A model generated the notes under the pieces. It saw nothing but the letters and a program-made list of their open reading frames with translations, did not search any database and had not been told where the DNA came from. Shown piece after piece: positions 11,201-21,800 of a stretch of DNA of 64,000 nucleotides (position 1 is the stretch's first letter; each line of letters starts with the position of its first letter). Source of the DNA: Macrostomum hystrix (taxonomy: Eukaryota; Animalia; Platyhelminthes); the NCBI GenBank assembly GCA_950097015.1, contig CATNEN010000041.1:2666001-2730000 (forward strand), written 5' to 3'. The position numbers were made by a program, and so were the translations under genes.

Positions 11201-13571
11201 TCACCTGACACAGGTGCGTGTGTGTGATTGGTGGGCTGGCCTCACCTGACACAGGTGCGCGTGTGTGATTGGTGGGCTGGCCTCACCTGACACAGGTGCG
11301 TGTGTGTGATTGGTGGGCTGGCCTTCCCTGACACAGGTGCGTGTGTGAGCTAGCCTCACATGACACAGGTGCGTGTGTGAGCTGGCCTCACCTGACAGAG
11401 CCGGTTGCACAGGTGCATGTGGTGCAGCACCTCGGCCATTGTTGGGTCATCACTGGGCAATTTATTCCGCTCCGCGCCCAGGTCAATGAGTCCAGCGACG
11501 CGTTGGTAGAAGGTGTTGCAGAACTGCTCAATGTACTCTGCGGGAGAAGTGCATTCTTCTCTGATTTGAAATCTGCCATTGGCAAGAAAAGTGAAATTGT
11601 GTTTGACTGGACCCCAATGAGCCAAAGCCCACCTGCGTGAGTCGCCTCGCAGATCCCTGTGGGATCCAGCCAGGGCTGGGCGAACCTGGCGACGGCCTCC
11701 TCGGGAAGGCGGGCCGGGATGCTGCGGTCCCGCAGTCGCTGCATCAGCAGCTGCGCCTCCTCGTCAACGCCGTCCCCAGCCATGTCGATGAAGTTTCTGG
11801 CTGCCGATGAGTTGGCCAGGTTGATGCCGTCCAGGTGGCGGAAGAAGGCCAGGCAGTGCCGGTGGCTGTCCTGGGCGGTCAGGATGCCATGAAGGTTCTC
11901 GCGCTCCGTCACTGCGTGGTTGCCATGGTGAGAAAGCTGATATGGGTTTGGTTGGATTGATCATTTCTATCGATTGCCCTGCCGTCACTATAGCAACCGC
12001 ACCACCCTCACCGGACATGAAGAAGTTGTGCCGCTGCTCCTGGCTGAAGATGCCCTCTTGGCACAGAGCATCCGCTGCCGTACGGAGCAGCCGCTGTAAG
12101 CCGGCCATTGTAGACCACCACTCGCTCTGGTGCGCCTCCATCAGCCGCTGGATGCCCTGCAGAGACGAGGGAGGCGAGAGTCAGATTTGGGCACACTAGC
12201 ACGCCTACACTAAGCGTTAAGGCATTGAATTACACAGTGAAAAGTGCACCCTTTTTGGATAGTACACCTAACTACTTTCAAGGAAGAATAAAAGTGCATT
12301 CGGTTACCTTGCTGGCAAAGTGCACCAGCACTGAGGAAACGGGCTGCAGGACGCGGACAGGCGGCAGCGAGTTCTCATCCAACAGGTACCACCGAGTGAG
12401 GCTCTCCGAGTCTTCGGGCGAGCCCCGGCTGCGGTGGAAGTCCAGGAGGCTGCGGAACTCGCGCGCATCGATCAGTGCCGGCAGTGGCCGGTAGCCGTAC
12501 TTCTGGCCCAGCAGCACCACGAAGTTGGGCCCCACGCTGACCTGCTGGCAGGCGCGCAGCTCACGCAGGCAGAGCTCGGAGGTCATGTGGTCGTCCGTGG
12601 CCTCGTCCCTGACGCCCCAGCGCATGTCCACCACCTGGAACTCCAGGCCGTGCTTCTCGCGGCAGAACTCCTTCAGGCGGGGATAGACGCGCTCCATCAA
12701 GGCATTGCGCTCGGCTGCCGTGTCTGAGGGAAAACGCGCAGGTCAGTGTGATTTGGGAGGGGGAAGGCTGGCGGCAGGTCAGTGTGATTTGGGAGGGGGA
12801 AGGCTGGCGGCAGGTCAGTGTGATTTGGGAGGGGGAAGGCTGGCGGCAGGTCAGTGTGATTTGGGAGGGGGAAGGCTGGCGGCAGGTCAGTGTGATTTGG
12901 GAGGGGGAAGGCTATTTGTGTGTGTGTGTGCTTAGGAGTCAGTGAAATGGGCAGAAGTGCCTCCTCGCTGGCAGCGTTTCGGCTGTCACTAAATGATGTG
13001 CCATTGCCCACAGCTCTCCTGCAATTATTATTAGAATTATTTGTGGGACTTGGGATATTTTCATACTGTTACTTTCCAGATTTTTTTCGCTTATTAATGG
13101 CAGGCCTAGGGAGCGATGCATGTGGAGAGAAGGCCGTGTCAAAGTTTAGCACTCTTTGAGCATGTCAACGGCCCGCAATCGGCCACTGCAACTGACCAGT
13201 GAAGGTGGAGCTGGTGAAGATGCGAACAACGCGACTCGGCAGCTGGGGCAGCCGCCTCAGGTCGCAGCCCCGCAGAAGCCGCCGCAGCAGCTGGGCGGAG
13301 GTGGTCCGGCCGCGGTCGCTGATAGAGCTGCGAGGTCTGCGCGGTGAGAGCTGCGCTGGAGGCTGCGGCGGCAGCGGCGGCGGCGACGGAGGCGGTGGGG
13401 GCGGTAGCGGCGGTGACAACCTTGCTTGGTGTTTATCAGTAGTTAGGGCGGCTGCCGACGTTGCTTCAGCTGCCTCGGCGGCTTGAGAGTTTTGTAACTG
13501 CAGCTCCAGCTGCCCTGGCTGAGCAGACTGCAACTGAGCCGCCTGTGTCTCGCTTGGTGGCTGAAACTTAT

Positions 13572-13607
<36 letters not shown>

Positions 13608-14259
13608 TCTGTTGTTGCTGGTGTTGCTGCTGGTGTTGCTGCCGTACAGGCCGAACAGCGTTCCACAGCGACAGCTGGGAGTGCTCTTGGGATGCAGCAA
13701 CATACGGCAGCTTCGACATGGCGGTCGAGCCGGAGGTGGTCGTTGCGGATGGCGCCGAGCCGGTGGGCAGCGAACGCGCCCGTGCCATCGGCAGGCGCGG
13801 AAGCTGAGCTTGTCCGGCCGCCAAGGCTGTCGATGCTGACAAGTAGACGCCGCCTCCGTCGCTGTCGCCACCTCGGTCTTCCGATGTGCCTGTGCTTCTC
13901 CGCTGACGACGCTGCCGTCGTTTTTGACGTTGCTGCAGAGCAGCGACAGCGTCAGTCGTGGCAGTCGGTGCCAGACTTAAGGCGAGTGGCGGCGGAGCGA
14001 AGGCCAGGTGCGGCAGCCGCTGCGCCTCCGGTCTGGCCGGAGGTGTCGGATTCGAACTTGCGTCGTACCGAGCTGATGACGAAGGCGGCGGCTGGGCTCC
14101 GTTGACGCGGAACTCGAACTGCCGGCCCCAGAAAACCACGAAGACATCCTTGCCAAGGCGCGGGGGCTGCTGCTGCTGCCGCCGCTCTGGCTGCTCGCTC
14201 TGCAGCAGCTCCTGGTACTGCGAGCCTGACAGTGGCACGAGGTTGCTCCTGTGAGTCAT
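5233..14259 (-). CDS. NACHT and WD40 domain protein (NWD1/NWD2-like; DUF4062-NACHT-WD40), 11 exons, about 2028 aa
   Basis: Exons 14259-13197, 12723-12308, 12156-12012, 11911-11633, 11537-11392, 10316-10182, 9916-9101, 9001-8792, 8660-8351, 8045-7634 and 7387-5233. All introns are GT-AG and phase-consistent (6087 nt in total). Motifs: DUF4062-like RIFTSSTFTDTAAERNALMERVYPRL...VDMRWGV; Walker A GDPGSGKT; Walker B LLLLLDAVEEL; WD repeats such as LEGHFGRI...DRTLKVWNLS. The start ATG (GCCATG at 14259) and the choice of the exon-10 acceptor are less certain. Confidence 0.92.
8036..8300. repeat. 36-bp minisatellite x7 spanning the NWD intron 9 acceptor
   Basis: Gene-strand unit gtgtgtgccgcccccaactgactgccctcactccag. 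Confidence 0.97.
10388..11395. repeat. 41-bp minisatellite (about 23 copies plus two 33-bp proto-units) starting at the NWD intron 5 donor
   Basis: Plus-strand unit ggcctcacctgacacaggtgcgcgtgtgtgattggtgggct. Confidence 0.97.
12737..12913. repeat. 36-bp minisatellite, about 5 copies, next to the NWD intron 1 acceptor
   Basis: Unit gcaggtcagtgtgatttgggagggggaaggctggcg. Confidence 0.95.
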
Positions 14260-15650
14260 GGCTGATCGACCCTCCGAGGTAGGGACACCTGAGGTCTGCT
14301 GGTAGAACAATGCCCAAGGGCTTCTTCCTGCGCCTTTTCTCACTTCCTCAGACTCCCAAACCCTCTTCCTCGCGCCCATTTTGCCCGGAAATCGATGAGG
14401 CCTTTGTTTGACCTGAGGGGCTGTCACGGGCGGGCGGTCGCGGGCGTGACTTACCGCCGCCCTCCCCGCGCCAGGTGAGGAAAGTGACGGCCCGACCTAC
14501 CACAGGCTGGCCTCTGAAAGCCTGAATCGATGGGTGCGCCATATCCGATAGGGCAGCTGCAGCTTCTTCTGCTATGCAATAAATCTAAAAGAGTAGTAAC
14601 GAAGTAGCCGGGAGGGCTCTGCCGGGAAAATTGGGATTCATTGTTTCGCCCGCCACCCCCAGTGGAAGCTGATTGAGAGCCACTTCACGCGCTTGCTTGA
14701 GTAAGATTTCTGCAAGCAGAAAACTAATTGCTGCTGCTGCTGTTGCTCCATGCAAGTTCAGCTGTTCTGATCGGAGCCAGAGCTCTGGGATGGAGCACTG
14801 CAGCAGCAGGTGCTACAACTGGATGCTTCGCGCATAGCAACCGGCCTAGCAACCAACAGTTTCGTTGAAGCAGATTGACAGAAGAGAAATTAGTGAGATT
14901 TACTCCGCTCACCTGGCGGCGGCCCCCCCGTGACTCGGATTCTCCGCAGGGCTCCAGGTGTGTCCTCCGCTGCCCGCCTCTCCATGTCGGGCTGGCAGCC
15001 AGATGAGCAGCCAGATTTCCAGCAGCTGCTCAAGGCTGCTCTCAACCCCGCCCAGAGTGTGCCTTTTAAAGCCTCATCGGTTTTAGCGGGGCCGTGTCGG
15101 GGACTCGCAGGAGACTCAGAAACGCCTACTCCAATCTCAAACTGATCTCAAACTGATCTCAAACTTTTCTCGGGGTGGTGCGAGCGGCGGGTCTGGGAAG
15201 TTAGAAGGAAATTGCGGGCACATCCTTCGGGAGTTTTTTCTTAGAAAAGAGTATGCCAGGTCAATATTTGGTGACACTGTTCAAGGATGCGGTTGAGCAC
15301 TACTTGTCCCCCACTCTGCTCTGCAATTTCCTTTACTCCATTGCCCGCCCTAGTGTTGGAGCACTGCTCACAATTATCCCCAGCTGCTCACGACTGCTTA
15401 CTGGGACTGCATCTGGGGGGCAGCTGGGGGTAGGGGCGGATGCCAGCGTTCCGCCGTGGAGCCTCCCTCACAGAAGTTCTGCTTTTTGTTTTAAAAGCTC
15501 ACAGCCTCTTTTAAACACTTTCAGGGACAGGGGCCGATGCGCATAGCAGAGACTGGCAAATCAGTTCCGACAAGGTAAAAGTGCAGACACTCTAGAAATC
15601 AGAAGTGCTAGATTTTTTGTTTTCTTTCAGCTGTAGAACCTATTCTCAAA

Positions 15651-16957
15651 TCCCATTCTACTCCCAACAGATCCCATTCTACTCCCAACAGATCCTATTC
15701 TACTCCCAACAGATCCTATTCTACTCCCAACAGATCCTATTCTACTCCCAACAGATCCCATTCTACTTCCAACAGATCCCATTCTACTTCCAGCAGATCC
15801 CATTCTACTTCCATCAGATCCCATTCTACTTCCAACAGATCCCATTCTACTTCCAACAGATCCCATTCTACTTCCAACAGATCCCATTCTACTTCCATCA
15901 GATCCCATTCTACTCCAAACAGATCCCATTCTACTTCCATTAGATCCCATTCTACAACATCAGATCCCATTCTACTTCCATCAGATCCCATTCTACTTCC
16001 ATCAGATCCCATTCTACTTCCATCAGATCCCATTCTACTTCCATCAGATCCCATTCTACTCCCAACAGATCCTATTCTACTCCCAACAGATCCCATTCTA
16101 CTTCCATCAGATCCCATTCTACTTCCATCAGATCCCATTCTACTTCCATCAGATCCCATTCTACTTCCATCAGATCCCATTCTACTTCCATCAGATCCCA
16201 TTCTACTTCCATCAGATCCCATTCTACTCCCAACAGATCCCATTCTACTTCCATCAGATCCCATTCCACTCCCAACAGATCCCATTCTACTCCCAACAGA
16301 ACCCATTCTACTCCCAACAGATCCCATTCTACTTCCATCAGATCCCATTCTACTTCCATCAGATCCCATTCTACTTCCATCAGATCCCATTCTACTTCCA
16401 TCAGATCCCATTCTACTTCCATCAGATCCCATTCTACTCCCAACAGATCCTATTCTACTCCCAACAGATCCGATTCTACTCCCAACAGATCACACTCTAC
16501 TCCCAACACATGCCACTCCACTCCCAACAGAACCCACTCTACTCCCAACAAATCCCACTCTACTCCCAACAGATCCCACTCTACTCACAACAGAGGCCAT
16601 TCTACTTCCAACAGATCCCATTCTACTCCCATCAGATCCCATTCTACTTCCATCAGATCCCATTCTACTCCCAACAGATCCCATTCTACTTCCATCAGAT
16701 CCCATTCTACTTCCATCAGATCCCATTCTACTCCCAACATACCCCATTCCACTCCCAACTGATCCTATTCTACTCCCAACACATGCCACTCCACTCCCAA
16801 CAGATCCCATTCCACTCCCAACATATCCCATTCCACTCCCAACAGATCCCATTCCACTCCCAACAGATCCCATTCCACTCCCAACAGATCCCATTCCACT
16901 CCCAACAGATCCCATTCCACTCCCAACAGATCCCATTCCACTCCCAACAGATCCCAT
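15651..16957. repeat. 21-bp minisatellite, about 60 copies
   Basis: Units cagatcccattctactcccaa and cagatcccattctacttccat. Confidence 0.97.
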
Positions 16958-17388
16958 TTTCCCTGCAGAGCAGCATGCTAAGTCGGGCAGTCTTTGATTT
17001 CTTAGATAGCCGGCAGCTGTGAGCCGCCGGTGGGTTGCAATCAATCGATCTGTTTGTCTGTCGTGTGGGCTGGGGACTAATTGCCCCAGCAACTAGTGAG
17101 CTGTGGGGAATGTGACCTTCCCTGGACCCAAAGAATCCCAAAATGCTTTCAGCTGCAGCTAATTTTGAGCACAGCCAGTAGCACAGCTGAAAATATGCGG
17201 GGCTTGAGAGCAAAAGTCTGCAAAATGGAAGCGACCAGACCAGGAGGGAAGACAAAGAAGCCTTTCAAAACCCAACCTAAATATGCACCTGCAGTTTTCC
17301 TCTTTTACGAGGTTGACGTTTGAGCCATTTAAATGGGAAAATGGGAAACTTTTGGCAGTCGGAGAAGGTGCGATCCCTGTCAGAGCAG

Positions 17389-18088
17389 GATCAAGTGAGG
17401 CGGATCTGATGGATCAGGTGAGGCGGAACTGATGGATCAGGTGAGGCGGATCTGATGGATCAGGTGATGCGGATCTGATGGATCAGGTGAGGCGGATCTG
17501 AAGGATCAGGTGATGCGGAACTGATGGATCAGGTGAGGCGGAACTGATGGATCAGGTGAGGCGGATCTGAAGGATCAGGTGATGCGGATCTGATGGATCA
17601 GGTGAGGCGGATCTGAAGGATCAGGTGAGGCGGATCTGAAGGATCAGGTGAGGCGGAACTGATGGATCAGGTGAGGCGGATCTGAAGGATCAGGTGAGGC
17701 GGATCTGAAGGATCAGGTGAGGCGGAACTGATGGATCAGGTGAGGCGGAACTGATGGATCAGGTGAGGCGGATCTGAAGGATCAGGTGAGGCGGATCTGA
17801 AGGATCAGGTGAGGCGGATCTGATGGATCAGGTGAGGCGGAACTGATGGATCAGGTGAGGCGGATCTGAAGGATCAGGTGAGGCGGAACTGATGGATCAG
17901 GTGAGGCGGATCTGAAGGATCAGGTGAGGCGGATCTGAAGGATCAGGTGAGGCGGATCTGAAGGATCAGGTGAGGCGGAACTGATGGATCAGGTGAGGCG
18001 GATCTGAAGGATCAGGTGAGGCGGATCTGATGGATCAGGTGAGGCGGATCTGATGGATCAGGTGAGGCGGATCTGAAGGATCAGGTGA
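17389..18088. repeat. 23-bp minisatellite, about 30 copies
   Basis: Unit gatcaggtgaggcggatctgatg with gaag and ggaac variants. Confidence 0.97.
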
Positions 18089-18810
18089 CGCGTCCTCTTT
18101 ACTCTAGTCGGCTTGTAGTTATTATTATAGATGCAGTTCAGAAATAAAGCCAAGAGAGACATGCATATGTTGCGTATGACAATCAGGTGCTGGACACCGC
18201 AACTCAGCTTGAAAATATATTGATTGGCTTTAACAGTGGAGCATTAAAAGTGCAAGTTGGTTTAGCAGATCAGTGCATCGCATGAACGAAACACTCAGCG
18301 GTGCATGCTGGTGGAGTTTAGGTTATAGAGGCCGGGGTCCGCCATAAGCTTGCGTTCGGAAGAGCGAAAGTGAACGAGTGCGCTGGCGGGACTCAAAAGC
18401 ACGGTTTTATAATCTCTTCGCTTTGCACAGTTCGCTACTGACAGTAACAGAAAAGCTTTTTCGCGGGGTTTCGCTGATCATTTAAAAATAAAAAGCTTAC
18501 AAAAACTTGGAGAAAAAAGTTTTCGATTACGATTTCGTTTAAGAAAAATTAAGAGAACATTAGAATGCATCGGACTGAGAATTTGGGTTCTAATTCCACA
18601 AAGTCGTGCGGACTAATAGAATGTAGCCAAGTGCTGGAGCAGATGACTTGAAAAAAAGGACACTCATGAGGACATGCACCATGTGCAGACTCATTTGTGC
18701 CACTTCTGACTTCAGCGCATGTTAATCAGTGCGAAATTTCGCACTTAAAGTTCGTCAGTACTTAGGTGCGTACAAAGGTGCGCACCAAAGTACGCTTGTA
18801 CTTAAGTGCG

Positions 18811-21800
18811 TCAGTACTCCCACAAGCAGGCCGCGCTGATCTCGGAGGAGTCGGCCCGCATCGTGCCGTTCTGCTCGCCGCGCACATAGCAACCGTTGCT
18901 AGCCTGGATGGCAACGCATGAGCGGCTGCGGAATTCAAGCAGAAATTCCTCCGGCTTCTCGCCCTTAAAAGAGATGCTACTGTCGCTCTGGACGCACCAG
19001 AAGCCCTCGGAGCCTGCAGGGGTGCAGAAGGATGGACGGTGACCAGCGGTCAAAGAGCTGTCTAAGAGTGGGGTGCGGCAGTGAAAATGCAACAGCACTA
19101 CCGCCAACATGCTTACTGTGCTCAATGCTCAACGGACTGATTAATGTGCTCGTTGGATATCCGTCAGCAATGGCCTGCCAATCTTGTATCTTTTTTGTCT
19201 TCTGAGAGACAGAAACTGAGAGCTTGTGACAAACCAAGACTGACGAGGACCCGAGAGCCCTGGTGAGACTCACCTCTGATGTGGTAGAAGCCGCTGTCCG
19301 AGACCTCCAGGTTGAAGGCGTCGTAGCTGACAAGGTTGCACTCCAGGCGGCTGTTCTTGATGCCAACGAAGCCAAAGTCGCAGCGGAATACCACAATGGG
19401 CCGGTTCAACAGCACCAGTTGGAACTGCTCCTCAGACTTCACCTCGCTGCCGGTGGCGTTCACCGCGCCCAGCTTCTTGGCGGACAGGTAGCTGCCGTTC
19501 GAGCACTTCAGAGCCACGCGACCCTTCGACTGGTACTCCATGGAGAACAGGGTCGACTGGTCGCTGCAAGTAGTGAGTGCGATTAGGCATGTCTCACACT
19601 CCGTTCCCAGATCTTCGATCCCAGATCTCCGATCCCAGATCTCCGATCCCAGATCTCCGATCCCAGATCTCCGATCCCAGATCTCCGATCCCAGATCTCC
19701 GATCCCAGATCTCCGATCCCAGATCTCCGATCCCAGATCTCCGATCCCAGATCTCCGATCCCAGATCTCCGATCCCAGATCTCCGATCCCAGATCTCCGA
19801 TCCCAGATCTCCGATCCCAGATCTCCGATCCCAGATCTCCGATCCCAGATCTCCGATCCCAGATCTCCGATCCCAGATCTCCGATCCCAGATCTCCGATC
19901 CCAGATCTCCGATCCCAGATCTCCGATCCCAGATCTCCGATCCCAGATCTCCGATCCCAGATCTCCGATCCCAGATCTCCGATCCCAGATCTCCGATCCC
20001 TGAGGTCTCTCACCCGGAGTCGCCGGAGGCGCTGATGCCGCTGCCCACGGTGGACAGTTTCCAGAACTTGTCGTCCTTGGTTCGGAAGCGCCACTTGCCA
20101 CTGGCAGCCTGGTACTCCAGCTGGTAGGTCTCGGTCACGTCAATTTCACTCTGGTTGGCGCTCAGATCCTGACCTGTTGGAGAGCCATACAATGATACCA
20201 ATGGTACTTGCAGGAGAGCTGTGGGCACATCACTTTGTAACACTTGGCCCTCACGGGCGTGAGACACAAGCTCAGGGACCTTGGCGCGAGAGGCAAGCAC
20301 GTTAGAGCGCTCTGGCACTGACCAGTGGCAGAGTTTCGGGCTTTTGACTGAGAGGTCTGGAGTTCGAATCCCTGTGATAAGCTATAGCTGTGAGATGGGT
20401 GCCAGCATTAGCTGTGAGATGGGTACCAGCATTAGCTGTGAGATGGGTGCCAGCATTAGCTGTGAGATGGGTGCCAGCATTAGCTGTGAGATGGGTGCCA
20501 GCATTAGCTGTGAGATGGGTGCCAGCAATAGCTGTGAGATGGGTGCCAGCATTAGCTGTGAGATGGGTGCCAGCATTAGCTGTGAGATGGGTGCCAGCAT
20601 TAGCTGTGAGATGGGTGCCAGCATTAGCTGTGAGATGGGTGCCAGCATTAGCTGTGAGATGGGTGCCAGCATTAGCTGTGAGATGGGTGCCAGCATTAGC
20701 TGTGAGATGGGTGCCAGCATTAGCTGTGAGATGGGTGCCAGCATTAGCTGTGAGATGGGTGCCAGCATTAGCTGTGAGATGGGTGCCAGCATTAGCTGTG
20801 AGATGGGTGCCAGCATTAGCTGTGAGATGGGTGCCAGCATTAGCTGTGAGATGGGTGCCAGCATTAGCTGTGAGATGGGTGCCAGCATTAGCTGTGAGAT
20901 GGGTGCCAGCATTAGCTGTGAGATGGGTGCCAGCATTAGCTGTGAGATGGGTGCCAGCATTAGCTGTGAGATGGGTGCCAGCATTAGCCGGGGTTTAAAT
21001 TTGGGTTTATGTGCCGACTTTTCTAGTTCGCGGACTACATACACAGCCTTTGGTACATATGGCAAGCAGGCTTGGCGTCATTTGTTTTACTAAAAGATGG
21101 CTAGTAAATCTCCAGGCTGAATTGCCGTCCAGAAGTAAAAGCTGGCAGCATTTCCAGCTCCCTACGGCAAGTCAACCCAGTCAGATGTCCAGGGCTTATC
21201 AGCTGGGCCTGGGGGCGAATGCCGATGCGTCAAACGCTGCTGCTGCTGCTGCTGCAAGCAAATCACGAGCTATGACCCACGCCATCAATTTGTTTTATCA
21301 GCTGAAAACACCCGTCGCAAGAGGCGCTGGACACAGGAGACAAAAGTGCAAAAGTGGGCAGCACCGGCACGTTGTGCCGGCGGCTAGCAGCGAGAGCAGG
21401 ATCAGGTGTCTGGGGATCAGGACCTGGGGGAGGAGGACGGGAATGGCTCCAGGAGATTCGACACTCGAATTAGACTTGGGGTCTGCCCTCCAGACAGCAC
21501 TGACTCACCGCCCAAACATTCATTTGGTCCATAAACACACACGCACACAAGCAGGGAACAGTGTGGGAAGAAAGGGAGAAGGGGAGAAGCTGACGAATCG
21601 CCCCACCCCAAACCGCCACAGCCCCCGCTCCGGCCCCAGCAGGCACGGAAGCCTATCAACAGAACCCAGAGACAAGGTAAATAAACTGCAGAGGCAGTCG
21701 AAGAATCGGGCCGAAGTCGGATCTGTTGAAACAACTGCTTAAGGCGCATGAGGTGTTCACTTGAACAGAGTGGCCCCACAAGCATTTGATCCGCTTCTGA

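Noticed and set aside
5479-14317. Numerous overlapping or antisense ORFs across the NWD gene
   Set aside because: They are expected by-products of GC-rich coding sequence, with no independent motifs.
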